The notes below the pieces were generated by a model that was given only the letters and a program-made list of their open reading frames with translations, did no database searches and was not told the DNA's origin. Of a DNA stretch of 64,000 nt, positions 1-10,748 are shown one piece after another; positions within the stretch are counted from its first letter, which is position 1; every line of letters starts with the position of its first letter. This stretch comes from a virus, in the IMG/VR virus record IMGVR_UViG_3300023179_000033, positions 54,246 through 118,245 of that record; one strand, written 5' to 3'. The translations under genes were made by a program, and so were the position numbers.

Positions 1-1686
1 TTAGCAAGTTATGGCGCGCATTACTTGGATAGAATCATTCAAGAAGAAAAACCAGATGTTTATATTGCAGTTCAAGATATTTGGGGAATTGATTTTGCTA
101 TTGATAAAAAGTGGTTTAATAAAATTTCATCTGTGCTTTGGACTACTTTAGATTCACTTCCAATTTTACCTACAGCAGTAGAAAAAGCTCCAAAAATTAA
201 AAATTATTGGATTTGGAGTGATTTCGCTACGCAAGCATTACATAAATTAGGACATAATCATGTTGAAACTATGCATGGTCCAATTGAGGCATCTAGTTTT
301 TTTAGACTAGAAAATTCAGAAAGAGATAATCTTAGAAAAAAATTTAATATTCCTTTAGATGCATTTATCGTTGGATTTGTATTTAGAAATCAATTAAGAA
401 AAAGTGTTCCAAACCTGCTTGAAGGATATGCTCTTTGGAAGAGATCAAATCCACAAATTAAAAATACATTTTTATTATTACATACTCATTGGAGTGAAGG
501 ATGGAATATCCATAAATTAGCTAAAGAATATGATATTGATCTAAGAGAAATTTTAACTACATATATATGTAAAAATTGTGGAAATTATGAAATTAAACCT
601 TTTCATGGACAAGATGTAGATTGTAGATTCTGTGGCAGTCAAAAGAGTCAATTAACAACAAATGTAGGAATTGGAGTTACTGAAGAACAATTAAATGAAG
701 TTTATAATTTAATGGATGTTTATTGTCATCCATTTACAAGTGGTGGACAAGAAATACCAATTCAAGAAGCAAAACTAACTGAATTAATCACCCTAGTAAC
801 GAATTATAGTTGTGGAGAAGAAATGTGTACCGAAGGAGCAGGAACTCTTGAATTAGAATGGAGCGAATATAGAGAACATGGCACAGAATTTATTAAGGCT
901 TCTACAAAACCAAACTCTATAGCAAAACAATTAAATAAAGTTTATAATTTACCAATACAAAAAAGAAGAGATATGGGCAAACAAGCAAGAGAGTGGACGA
1001 TAGAAAATTTCTCTGTAGAAAAAGTAGGTCAAAAAATTAGCGAGTTTATTGATAATTGCCCATTTACAGACTATGACTTTTCTTTGCAAGAAGAAGAAAA
1101 GAATCCATTTTGTCAAATCCCAGAGATTAAAAATGATGCAGAATGGCTAACATTTATGTATCATAATATTCTTAGGATGAAAGATGTAGATAATAATGAC
1201 GATGGACACAAATACTGGATGAATGAAATTTCAAAAGGTGCAAAACGTCAGGATATTGAAAATTACTTTAGACAAGTTGCTACTCAAGAGAATCAAAAAA
1301 ATAAAAAAATTGATTTTGTAGACCTACTTGATAAAGATGACGAAGGCAAAAGAATTTTATATGTTATGCCAGAGAGCATTGGAGATATTTATATCTCAAC
1401 TGCACTTTTTGAGAATATTAAAAAACAATATCCTAACCATAATTTATATGTTGCAACAAAACCAGAATACTTTGAAATTTTGCAAGGAAATCCATATATA
1501 CATAAACTATTACAATATATGCCACAGATGGATCAATTACTTTGGCTTGAAGGAGTAGGTGATCATAAAGGCTATTTTGAAGTAGCGTTTCTTCCACACG
1601 CAGGAACGCAAAGATTTCTTGATTATTTACATAATGGTAAAACTAATATACAATTTGATATAAAGGATCAACATGCATTTAATTGA
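1..1686 (+). CDS. Glycosyltransferase (GT4-like, with Cys4 insert) fused to the N-terminal half of a GT9-like domain; 5'-truncated by the window
   Basis: Frame is open from base 1. GT-B motifs RNQLRKSVPNLLEGY and LNEVYNLMDVYCHPFTSGGQEIPIQEAKL. Insert CKNC..CRFC. C-terminal ESIGDIYISTALFENIKKQYP..ILQGNPYI resembles a GT9 N-domain. Confidence 0.8.
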   Translation, partial: LASYGAHYLDRIIQEEKPDVYIAVQDIWGIDFAIDKKWFNKISSVLWTTLDSLPILPTAVEKAPKIKNYWIWSDFATQALHKLGHNHVETMHGPIEASSFFRLENSERDNLRKKFNIPLDAFIVGFVFRNQLRKSVPNLLEGYALWKRSNPQIKNTFLLLHTHWSEGWNIHKLAKEYDIDLREILTTYICKNCGNYEIKPFHGQDVDCRFCGSQKSQLTTNVGIGVTEEQLNEVYNLMDVYCHPFTSGGQEIPIQEAKLTELITLVTNYSCGEEMCTEGAGTLELEWSEYREHGTEFIKASTKPNSIAKQLNKVYNLPIQKRRDMGKQAREWTIENFSVEKVGQKISEFIDNCPFTDYDFSLQEEEKNPFCQIPEIKNDAEWLTFMYHNILRMKDVDNNDDGHKYWMNEISKGAKRQDIENYFRQVATQENQKNKKIDFVDLLDKDDEGKRILYVMPESIGDIYISTALFENIKKQYPNHNLYVATKPEYFEILQGNPYIHKLLQYMPQMDQLLWLEGVGDHKGYFEVAFLPHAGTQRFLDYLHNGKTNIQFDIKDQHAFN

Positions 1687-2815
1687 AAGATATGCAGCTT
1701 CTTGCGGCGTTAAGATAGGTAAACCATATATCTATGATACTTATTTCCCCTTAACTGCAGAAAAATATATATCATTTCAACCATTTAGTAAGTATCCATC
1801 AAAGAATTATGATTATTGGGATGAAGTTATTGCTATTCTTCATCCATTTTTACAAAAAGAAAATATCCAACTTGTTCAGATTGGCGCAAAAGATGATAAA
1901 GCAATTAATAACACAATTAATCTATGCGGTCAAACAAAAATTTCTCAAGCTGCTTATATAATAAAAAATGGATTAATGCACCTTGGCGCGGATAGTTTTG
2001 CTTCTCATATTGCTTCTGGATATGGCAAAAAAATTGTAGCATTATATTCAAATAATAATATTAATAATGTAAAACCATACTGGACAAAACCAGAAGATAT
2101 GATCTTACTAGAACCAAAATTAAATAAAAAGCCCCAATATTCAGTAAATGAAATACCTAAAAGTATTAATAATATTAAACCCGAAGCAATTGCTGAAGCT
2201 ATTCTTAAATTACTTAATATTAAATATGAAAATCTTCCAGAAACAAAATATATTGGACCAGAATATATAAATAAAACATTTGAAATAATTCCAGATAAAC
2301 CTTTAAATATATCTCAAATACCTATAGATCCAATTGTAGTACGAATGGATTACTTCTTTAATGAGCAAGTATTAGAATTTTATCTTCAACATAAAAAATG
2401 CATTATATTCACAAACAAACCAATAAATGAACAATTATTGAAAAAATACAAAACAAATATACCTCAATTAGTTTATATTATTGAAAAAGACAATGATCCA
2501 TCATTCGCTAAAACGTTAAAAAATAATACAATAAACGCTGGATTTATATCTTATTTACCAGAACAGGAGCTTAATCTATTTAAATTAAATTATATGGATT
2601 ATGGATTAATTGCCAGAAGAGATTATCCTACAGATAAAATTAATTTTAATGATAAAACTTATTATAAATCATCAAGAATAATACTATCTTCTGAAGGTCA
2701 ATTTAATACTAAATATCAATGGGTTACAAAAGATCTTTCTAATAAGTATAAAAATGAAGAACTCTTAAACCAAGAACTACATAATTTCTACATATTTTCA
2801 CTTGACCAGAAATAA
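1673..2815 (+). CDS. GT9 (heptosyltransferase-like) C-terminal-domain protein
   Basis: SKNYDYW..LVQIG..INLCGQTKISQAAYII..HLGADSFASHIASGYGKKIVALYS matches the GT9 donor-binding domain pattern. Confidence 0.7.
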   Translation: MHLIERYAASCGVKIGKPYIYDTYFPLTAEKYISFQPFSKYPSKNYDYWDEVIAILHPFLQKENIQLVQIGAKDDKAINNTINLCGQTKISQAAYIIKNGLMHLGADSFASHIASGYGKKIVALYSNNNINNVKPYWTKPEDMILLEPKLNKKPQYSVNEIPKSINNIKPEAIAEAILKLLNIKYENLPETKYIGPEYINKTFEIIPDKPLNISQIPIDPIVVRMDYFFNEQVLEFYLQHKKCIIFTNKPINEQLLKKYKTNIPQLVYIIEKDNDPSFAKTLKNNTINAGFISYLPEQELNLFKLNYMDYGLIARRDYPTDKINFNDKTYYKSSRIILSSEGQFNTKYQWVTKDLSNKYKNEELLNQELHNFYIFSLDQK

Positions 2816-2837
2816 AAACTATAGTAAGATTTATAAA
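2802..2837 (+). promoter_or_regulatory. sigma70-type promoter, probably leaderless
   Basis: TTGACC-N17-TAAGAT, then 7 nt to the ATG at 2838. Confidence 0.6.
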
Positions 2838-3650
2838 ATGAGTTTAAAATTAAAACAAAATCAAGAAACAATTTCTATTGGAAGCTCTGAATTAGTAGAA
2901 AATCCAAGTATATTTTCAGGAATCCCAGTTGAAGAACAAAAGCAAGATTTGCAAGTTCCACCAAATATCATCACAAGAAACCAATATGGTCTTTTAGAAA
3001 ATGCAAGTATTAAATATATATATAATGATGATGGAACAATCAATTGGCGTAAAATGGTAAAGACGGAGTATCTTGTGCCTAATCGTCAAAAGACACAAGA
3101 AATAGATGTTTCTAAATTAGAAGATAAAGATTTATTAATCCTCTTGGGCGGAATCAAAGAATTAGCTCAAATTCGTGGATATACAACTGTAGAATATAAA
3201 GTAGTTGCCGCCACAGAAAATTATTTCGCTACAAGCTGTAGGATAACTTGGATTCCTAACTATGAAACAAATGGCAAGGAAATTGTATTTGAATCTCTTG
3301 CAGATGCCACAACAAATAATACTAAATCTTTTGCTCGATTCTTTCTTGCTGCGATAGCAGAAAATAGAGCATTTGTTCGTTGTGTTCGTAATTTCTTAAA
3401 AATTAATATTGTATCTCAAGAAGAGCTTGGTGATGCTAAATTGCTTGATGAGGCAGTTTCATCTCAAGAAAATCCCACTTCACCACATGCATTACTTGAA
3501 AAAGTCATGAAAGATAAGGGAATTACTTTTGAAATTTTAAAGAAAAAATTAATAAAAGAAAAAATTGATAATGCTGAAAATATTAATGCTGTAACCGATA
3601 TACCTAAAAGTAAAATATTTGAATTAATAGAAAGAATTAAAAAGATTTAA
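2838..3650 (+). CDS. Putative single-strand annealing protein (Rad52/Sak/Redbeta-like)
   Basis: Motif ADATTNN..FLAAIAENRAFVRCVRNFLKINIVSQEEL resembles the SSAP 'AMAETRA.RA.R...EEL' core. Start moved to ATG 2838 on promoter position. Confidence 0.5.
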   Translation: MSLKLKQNQETISIGSSELVENPSIFSGIPVEEQKQDLQVPPNIITRNQYGLLENASIKYIYNDDGTINWRKMVKTEYLVPNRQKTQEIDVSKLEDKDLLILLGGIKELAQIRGYTTVEYKVVAATENYFATSCRITWIPNYETNGKEIVFESLADATTNNTKSFARFFLAAIAENRAFVRCVRNFLKINIVSQEELGDAKLLDEAVSSQENPTSPHALLEKVMKDKGITFEILKKKLIKEKIDNAENINAVTDIPKSKIFELIERIKKI

Positions 3651-3652
3651 TA

Positions 3653-4426
3653 TTAAGCTAATGGTTTCTTAGAGTTAGGTTGCCAATTTAGAAATATAGA
3701 TAGATTACCATTCTTGTTATCTAAAGCTTGTACTGCGACAAAATCTGCGGGGACATCATATCCAGCAAATTTTATCTTCGCAGTTCCATTAAAATTTATC
3801 CCATTTTCTCCTACTCTTGAATCTAAATTTCCTAAACCTTCCCAAGTTGCACGAATATAGTTCCCACCAAATGTTAAGTTAGGCCAAACAGTTAAAGTAT
3901 TTGGGTCAAGATATGAAAGGCCTAAACCAAAAGCTACACTAAAAGATCTTGAAAATTCTAAATTGTAATCGTAAAAATTAGTAGGATATTCTTGTCCGGG
4001 ACAAATTACTTGTTTTTCTGTTGCACCGCCCGGATCAATTCCATCATTCTGTATTTTATAAATACTTGTACCATTTGCTTCTAGATCAGGATATAAAGGT
4101 AATGAATTTAAAATAGTATCTTCATACGCGGGCGAAGATACTACAACATCTGTTGATAATGGAGTAGTTGTTGTATCATTATTTGGACAAGCTTCATTCT
4201 CAAAAGTTGTCCATTCACCAACTTCAGTTACATTTAAAGTCCAATTTGTTGCTATATTTTTTAAAAAATAAAACTTATTTAAAGGCATTGAAAATGATTT
4301 CCTTGCGCTCCAATAGATATTTAAATTTTCATCTGTTATACCTTGTATCTTTTCACTATCAGGTATAGCGTCTGGAATTGGACCTAAACGAAAGAAACCA
4401 AAAGGAGAATAAATTATATTACTCAT
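3653..4426 (-). CDS. Hypothetical virion/tail-tip protein
   Basis: 257-aa ORF, last gene of the tightly packed tail operon. Confidence 0.6.
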   Translation of the reverse strand: MSNIIYSPFGFFRLGPIPDAIPDSEKIQGITDENLNIYWSARKSFSMPLNKFYFLKNIATNWTLNVTEVGEWTTFENEACPNNDTTTTPLSTDVVVSSPAYEDTILNSLPLYPDLEANGTSIYKIQNDGIDPGGATEKQVICPGQEYPTNFYDYNLEFSRSFSVAFGLGLSYLDPNTLTVWPNLTFGGNYIRATWEGLGNLDSRVGENGINFNGTAKIKFAGYDVPADFVAVQALDNKNGNLSIFLNWQPNSKKPLA

Positions 4427-4878
4427 ACATACATGCGTCCAACATCTATTGCCTGAAACCCTACAGACGCCCCTCCTAATATTGTCATTAAATGATAAAC
4501 AATATTATTAGATGTAGTAAAATATGTTATTCCATTTATTGTAGTAATATAAAAACCTCCAATAAATATTATTTTTGTTAGAAGTTTATACCGATTATCA
4601 ATGATAGATATTTCATCTGAAGGTAATGAGGTTGAAACTTTTATCTCTGCGCTTATAATCGTTACATTTTTAGCCACATTGCATTCTAAGTAAACATTAT
4701 TTAAAATATCTTTTGTATAAGATAAATTTTTACCAATATTTTTTATATTCACTGGTGTTCCTGTATATGAATCATATAGAATAGACGAAGGTTCTATGCT
4801 GATCCCTTGGCCATTATAAAAAATTTTAAATGGATGCGTATTGGTTAAATTTTCAAATGATGGATATAAAGTACTCAT
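4423..4878 (-). CDS. Hypothetical tail-associated protein, paralog of 4881-5402
   Basis: ATGA overlap with the next gene. Shares VYLEC......I.SA.IK.S..LPS with its neighbour. Confidence 0.6.
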   Translation of the reverse strand: MSTLYPSFENLTNTHPFKIFYNGQGISIEPSSILYDSYTGTPVNIKNIGKNLSYTKDILNNVYLECNVAKNVTIISAEIKVSTSLPSDEISIIDNRYKLLTKIIFIGGFYITTINGITYFTTSNNIVYHLMTILGGASVGFQAIDVGRMYV

Positions 4879-4880
4879 AT

Positions 4881-5402
4881 TTATTCAATTGTACTCGTAA
4901 TTCCAAGATATACAATTGGTGAACCATTTGCGAGTGCAAAAAAAGTCCTAATAATTGAATATCCTGTACCTATAAATGTATAATTAGTTATACTGCAATC
5001 CTTATTAGATACATCTTCAATAAATGGTCTGGACATAGATTTTCTTCCTCCTTGTCCAATCAAAGCTAATAAAGCTCTGACTTTAGATTGAGTAAATCCT
5101 TCCGCTCCATCAGATCCCTCTATACTAGGTAAAAAAACAGAAGATCCTTTTATAGATGCACTCGTTATTTGAAAAGATTGATTAATATCACACTCTAAAT
5201 AAACATAAAATTTAGAATCAACACTATTTAAATTTGCATTAATTTTTTGACTTTTATTTGCATCTGTTATATTCGTAATATGTTTTCTTTGAACAGAATC
5301 ATAAATAATACAATTATCAACATAGAAATAAAAATCATTTCCTTTTTTAGAAATATCTACAAGATATAATTGATTTGGTTGTTTTTCAAAAATATTTGTC
5401 AT
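4881..5402 (-). CDS. Hypothetical tail-associated protein
   Basis: 173-aa ORF in the operon; YVYLECDINQSFQITSASIKGSSVFLPS. Confidence 0.6.
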   Translation of the reverse strand: MTNIFEKQPNQLYLVDISKKGNDFYFYVDNCIIYDSVQRKHITNITDANKSQKINANLNSVDSKFYVYLECDINQSFQITSASIKGSSVFLPSIEGSDGAEGFTQSKVRALLALIGQGGRKSMSRPFIEDVSNKDCSITNYTFIGTGYSIIRTFFALANGSPIVYLGITSTIE

Positions 5403-5403
5403 T

Positions 5404-5940
5404 TTATATTACAGGATAATCTATACCAAAAAATTTATTTGATAAAATACTTAAATTATTAGTCCTAACTAATTGTATAACTTTAGATCTTCCAGCAAAA
5501 GGTAATATGGCAAAAACTCGTCTTAATTTCGTTGTAGAATAATAACGAAAATTTTTGTACGCTTGATTCTTAGCATAAACTTTTACGAGCATGTCTGACT
5601 CAAAATTAGTTATTGTATCTATATTATCAATGACTTGAAATTGACCCTTTGTAATTTTATATTTTATCGTACTATTTGAATCCTCTTCTGAAGCCACTGT
5701 CAGAAGCAAAATAAGATACATGTCTTTATTATTAAAAGAAAAATTTGTCCAAGTATCAAAAGATGGGGTAAAACTATTAAAAGATGATCCATATGAATCT
5801 GTTATTGATCCTCCAGATTTTATTTTATATTGAAAAGATTTTTCATTTGAATTACTTGGATCTTTTCTCATTTCTACTTTAAATCCAGATTCATATAAAT
5901 CTGGAAATGCATCAAAATCTTTAGCAAATGAATTACTCAT
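5404..5940 (-). CDS. Hypothetical tail-associated protein
   Basis: 178-aa ORF with 1-4 nt spacing to its neighbours. Confidence 0.6.
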   Translation of the reverse strand: MSNSFAKDFDAFPDLYESGFKVEMRKDPSNSNEKSFQYKIKSGGSITDSYGSSFNSFTPSFDTWTNFSFNNKDMYLILLLTVASEEDSNSTIKYKITKGQFQVIDNIDTITNFESDMLVKVYAKNQAYKNFRYYSTTKLRRVFAILPFAGRSKVIQLVRTNNLSILSNKFFGIDYPVI

Positions 5941-5944
5941 AAGA

Positions 5945-8176
5945 TTATACTCCTGTTATATAGGTTGTATATGTAGTATTACCTGTTCCAGATAATGTAA
6001 GTTTTCCAATCATACCACTATAATCCAAGAAAGACTGATAATTAAAACGAATATTAAATAATGTTCCAGTATCATACATAAAAGAGCCAGAATATCCAGT
6101 TATTGCTTTATTATAATATAATCCTGTATATGCTACATCATTTATTCCTGTATCAAAAACTCCAGTAAATATATTAAATGAACCGCTAAATGATTTTTCG
6201 TAGATTGGAACATTTGGAATAAAACCAGTTACTAAAATATCTCCAGTAGTAAAATTATAAATACCAGTTGCATATTTTAATGGTTGACCAAATTCAGTTA
6301 CGCCTAGATTACCAGTTACATTTTGATAATTTCCGCTAGTTATAAATATTAATTGATTAATTAATATCGTTCCATCTGAATCAATTTGATTTATATCGCC
6401 GCTTTGTAGACCTGTATATAAACCACTAATTATTTTTGAACCAGTAATATTTATTCCTGTAACATTAAAAATTCCATTACTAGAAAATAACTTTCCTGTA
6501 GACAAAATACCAGTTAATTGCGTAGCTGTTCCTTGATCTATTTGAATTTGCCCAGTAAATAATCCTGTCCATGAAAATGGATCTCCACTAATACTTGTTG
6601 AAGCGTAAGCTAGTCCACTTAAATATCCATTCCCAATTACTAGCGATTGACTTTGATATTCTGTTGAGTCTATGTATCCAGTTAAATCACCAGTAAATAC
6701 CCCTGTGACATTCCATCTGCCGCTTTGTCTAACTAAAGTTTCCGCACCAGTTATTATACCACTTCCTGTTATTAATATAAAACTCGCATTACCATTATAT
6801 TCTGAAAAATATGCTATCGTAGGATATCCAGTTGGCAATAATACATCACCAGTAATTAATCTATAATTTAAATCTTCTCTTAGATATCCACTCATAAATC
6901 CAGTTATAGATTCAACAAGATAAAATGGATTATCAGGAGGATTAACGTTCATTGTAGCACCATCTCTATAGAATACAAATCCTGTACCAGTAAGATATCC
7001 TGTCCACCAAGAAGTATTAAAACCAGTTGCTTGAGATGCACCTTCGCCAGTAAACCTTTGAGTATAGAAAAAATATCCTGTTGCAAATCCAGTTATAAAT
7101 CCACTTGCTGTATATGTTAGATCTGGATAATTAAATATTCCTGTTGCTGTCACATTTCTTACACCAGTAACTAATACTGTATCTGTATACAAATTATTTC
7201 TAAAGTTATAACCAGATATAAGAGCTAAACCTGTAAAATTGAAATCTCTACTACCCAAATCTGCTTCTGTAATTCTTCCTGTACCAAGAAGATTATAACC
7301 ATATCCAGTTCCAGTTAAAAGACCAAGGGTATCTCCAGTTGCACCAGAAAAATATTGAAATTTAATTTCAAGAGGTAAATTATTATATCCTGTTAATACT
7401 ATCTCTCCAGAAGTTACCTGTTTAGAATAAGTAAGATTCATATAACCTTCATTTAAAACTTCTCTCTGTCCGCTAAGTAAAAGACCATCTGGATTAGTAA
7501 ATAGAGTAACAATATCCTCAATGTTATATAATCCTGTTATATTAATAATTTGATTTATTTTACCAAAATTTGTAAATAAATTTAAAGTCAAATTATAACC
7601 ACCAACATCATTGACTGTGTTTAGAACAATCTGACCACTTTTTAATCCACTAACAATACTATTTATTCCATTAATACTAAATTGACCAGTTGGAGTTAAA
7701 CTACCAGAAAATATTTTAAATGCAAGATTAGTTTGATTATTTAAAATAAAACCCGTATAAAGTTTTCCAGCTTTGAAATTCTCTGGTAATACAAAATTAT
7801 AAATAGCAGGATTTGCACTATTTATTTTTAAATCTGTGTTTAAAATACAATTTGAAGCATTATAAAAGAAGTTATCAACTTTAAAATTATTTTTAATTCC
7901 ATTAAAACAAAGAGGTATATTATTGATATAATAAGAATAATTAGCATTCTCTAAATCGCCAGAAATTTTAAAATTTGTATTAGCTAAATAAGAATGCACG
8001 TATCTATTTTCAAAATCAAAAACTTTTCCGCTTTGAAATGTGAATTGAATTTTATTTCCTTCTCCAGAAAAACCAAATGCACCAGAACCTGTTACATTAT
8101 TAATAGATAAATTTAAGTCAAAACTTAAACCAGTTTGTTCAAAAATAGATCTATAACTATAGCCAGAGATTAACAT
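5945..8176 (-). CDS. Thr-Gly-rich tail/fibre protein
   Basis: 743 aa with more than 40 TG dipeptides by eye; lies downstream of the tape measure. Confidence 0.6.
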   Translation of the reverse strand: MLISGYSYRSIFEQTGLSFDLNLSINNVTGSGAFGFSGEGNKIQFTFQSGKVFDFENRYVHSYLANTNFKISGDLENANYSYYINNIPLCFNGIKNNFKVDNFFYNASNCILNTDLKINSANPAIYNFVLPENFKAGKLYTGFILNNQTNLAFKIFSGSLTPTGQFSINGINSIVSGLKSGQIVLNTVNDVGGYNLTLNLFTNFGKINQIINITGLYNIEDIVTLFTNPDGLLLSGQREVLNEGYMNLTYSKQVTSGEIVLTGYNNLPLEIKFQYFSGATGDTLGLLTGTGYGYNLLGTGRITEADLGSRDFNFTGLALISGYNFRNNLYTDTVLVTGVRNVTATGIFNYPDLTYTASGFITGFATGYFFYTQRFTGEGASQATGFNTSWWTGYLTGTGFVFYRDGATMNVNPPDNPFYLVESITGFMSGYLREDLNYRLITGDVLLPTGYPTIAYFSEYNGNASFILITGSGIITGAETLVRQSGRWNVTGVFTGDLTGYIDSTEYQSQSLVIGNGYLSGLAYASTSISGDPFSWTGLFTGQIQIDQGTATQLTGILSTGKLFSSNGIFNVTGINITGSKIISGLYTGLQSGDINQIDSDGTILINQLIFITSGNYQNVTGNLGVTEFGQPLKYATGIYNFTTGDILVTGFIPNVPIYEKSFSGSFNIFTGVFDTGINDVAYTGLYYNKAITGYSGSFMYDTGTLFNIRFNYQSFLDYSGMIGKLTLSGTGNTTYTTYITGV

Positions 8177-8177
8177 A

Positions 8178-10703
8178 TTATGTTGGTCGGTAAGTATTTA
8201 ATTTTATTGTTGGTTGTATTTTTTGGGCAATCGCTTCTCTTTTTGGTAATACTTTTGGTCTATTCGCAAAACTTATTTGAGAGGTCGCTCCGTTTTCATT
8301 TAAATTTATACTAAATGAAGTTAATCCTTTATCAGGGCTAATATAATCTACAAGATCTCCAAAATTTAATCCAATAATTGAAAGAGATAAATTTTTTCTT
8401 GGCGAAGTAACAGAATTTACAATTTTTTTACTAAGATCTGCGTGATATTGGGCAGGAGTAACAGTTTTGAAATTTTTTGTGGCGCCATCTGGCACAAACA
8501 TATTTATTATAGTAGATCCATCCACAGGATCAAGATCATTTGTTATATCAGATTCTGCAACATGTAATGATAATGTATTATCATCAATGTCATTTATATT
8601 TCCAAAAACTAATTTTTGTCCCGGTACAGTAAATTTTACAGAGCTAGAGACTGTTTCATAACCATAATATGGCGTTTCCGCAGGTGCAATAAGATTAATA
8701 GATCTTTCTCCATTGTAAATTAACGATACAGTTCTAGCGGTTGGACTGTTTAATCCAACAAATGGAGTATTCTGATCTGGACATTTTCCACAAACTTGCT
8801 GTAATAAATCTGCTTCACAAACAGTAATACATTCACTACTTTTTTCACTATTTTCTTGTCCCTTTACTACTTCTTTTGTATTTTTCATTGTAGTTGTAGT
8901 AACTTGCATAATCTTGTTAAGAACACCTTTGGGAGGTAGAAATACAAATACAACTTTTCTTTGACCATCTTGTACATTTGAATCTTTTAGATTATTTATT
9001 AAAGTTATAACCTTATTTGCTTGTTCGGCTAACTTAGTATCTCCAACGCATTCTGCGGTATTTTTTGCTCCATCAAGTCTTACGTAACCAAGTCCATCTA
9101 AGTCTTGAATTGCTTCTTTATATTTTAAAAAAGGATCATCTTTGTTATCATCTAACATTGCTTTATCATATTCATCTTGCGTTGTTCCATACGCTGTACT
9201 TCTTGAAAATAAATAAAATGTAGGAATATTCCATTCTATCCCGCTATTTTCTGGTATAGGTCCTTCTATAACTTTGGCAAATGGAAGATCATATTTATTC
9301 TTATTTGTATAAATTTCTGAAGTTGGATTAATAGTAGTTTTTCTTTCTGCAAATAAACTTGTACTACAAGAACGACTATCTATGGAAGGCGCATTAGCAC
9401 CTTCATAATATTTTCCAATCATATCTGCGATAGCCGCTTCCCAGTCTTGATAAAGTTTTAATTTATCTGGATCATATAATGCTACAAAAACTTGCGCTCC
9501 ATTATACTTAGCAATAAAATCTGTAATCGCTGGATTATTATAACCATAATCATATATTTTTGTCCAAAAATTATCATTTACTTGGCCTTTTTCAATCGTT
9601 TCAAAAGAACTAAGCGCAGTATAACCAAGTGGCTCATAATCATTATTCATGATAGCGTAAACATTTCTTGCAGCAGGACTATATTTTCCAAGAATTGCTC
9701 TTGTAACATCATAGTTTGAAACTTTAAGTTTCTCAGGTTTAATACAATTAAACGTTCTTGTGTTCGTGACCGAAGAACTTGAGCTTTTTGTGCGAAATGG
9801 TTTTAAATAACGAGAAATATGTTTTTGCGTTGATGTACCTTCTAAAGATTCACTTTCATTAAAAGATTCTATAGCTAAAGTATTTTCATTTGTGGCATTT
9901 ACATTTAAAGAGCTATTTGTATCTATTATTGATTTAATTTGACTAATAAAATCAACTTCTATTTTTAAATCAATTCCTTTAATGGAATTTGTTCTAAAAT
10001 CCCAGTAGAAAGTATATCCAAAATCTGCGCACCAATTAGATAAAACCTCTCTTAAGGTACCTACGTATGATTGAAAATAATTAGGATTAACGTCTACAAA
10101 ATTAGATATATTTATACCAGATTTAGATATTGCATCTAATAATTGAGTAAAATTATACGCTACATCTGGTATATCGCATTGGCCTTGCACAAATTGTTCT
10201 TGTCCCAAAATTATACTTCCACCCTTTTTTAAATCTACATCAATAATTAATCCGCTTGAAATTGATCTAGTTGTTGAACCAGTTACATCTATAATTTGAG
10301 ATCCATCACAAGACAAACATTTTGCGGGAACAGAAAATTGTACAGTTCCTGCTTCTGGCGCGCCACCATGCCTATTAATTAATCCAACAAAAATTTTATC
10401 TAATATAAATGAACCATCTAAGAAATTTAAAGTAGCTACTTTTTGACCTACGCTTTTACTGATTTCATATCCATATAGATACATCTTAGATAAAGTTAAA
10501 TTTCCAACTTTAATCTCATATGAATTTAAAAGAGAATTAGGAAAAGAAGTAAAATCTGAACTATCTTTTTTTACTATATTTAGAGTTAATTTTGTTGGGC
10601 TTTCAGAGAAACCTAACTGTAAATTTGAACCATAAATATATGAATCAAAAATTTCTCCAGAATTTCCATTAACTACAATCTCTTCAATTTTTCTATAAGC
10701 CAT
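8178..10703 (-). CDS. Tail tip/hub-like structural protein
   Basis: 841 aa. GTLREVLSNWCADFGYTFYWD resembles hub/Tal-type segments. SD AGGAG and GTGTAA upstream. Confidence 0.5.
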   Translation of the reverse strand: MAYRKIEEIVVNGNSGEIFDSYIYGSNLQLGFSESPTKLTLNIVKKDSSDFTSFPNSLLNSYEIKVGNLTLSKMYLYGYEISKSVGQKVATLNFLDGSFILDKIFVGLINRHGGAPEAGTVQFSVPAKCLSCDGSQIIDVTGSTTRSISSGLIIDVDLKKGGSIILGQEQFVQGQCDIPDVAYNFTQLLDAISKSGINISNFVDVNPNYFQSYVGTLREVLSNWCADFGYTFYWDFRTNSIKGIDLKIEVDFISQIKSIIDTNSSLNVNATNENTLAIESFNESESLEGTSTQKHISRYLKPFRTKSSSSSVTNTRTFNCIKPEKLKVSNYDVTRAILGKYSPAARNVYAIMNNDYEPLGYTALSSFETIEKGQVNDNFWTKIYDYGYNNPAITDFIAKYNGAQVFVALYDPDKLKLYQDWEAAIADMIGKYYEGANAPSIDSRSCSTSLFAERKTTINPTSEIYTNKNKYDLPFAKVIEGPIPENSGIEWNIPTFYLFSRSTAYGTTQDEYDKAMLDDNKDDPFLKYKEAIQDLDGLGYVRLDGAKNTAECVGDTKLAEQANKVITLINNLKDSNVQDGQRKVVFVFLPPKGVLNKIMQVTTTTMKNTKEVVKGQENSEKSSECITVCEADLLQQVCGKCPDQNTPFVGLNSPTARTVSLIYNGERSINLIAPAETPYYGYETVSSSVKFTVPGQKLVFGNINDIDDNTLSLHVAESDITNDLDPVDGSTIINMFVPDGATKNFKTVTPAQYHADLSKKIVNSVTSPRKNLSLSIIGLNFGDLVDYISPDKGLTSFSINLNENGATSQISFANRPKVLPKREAIAQKIQPTIKLNTYRPT

Positions 10704-10748
10704 AAAAGCCTAACTCCTTATACCTATTAAAATTACACATATTTTATA

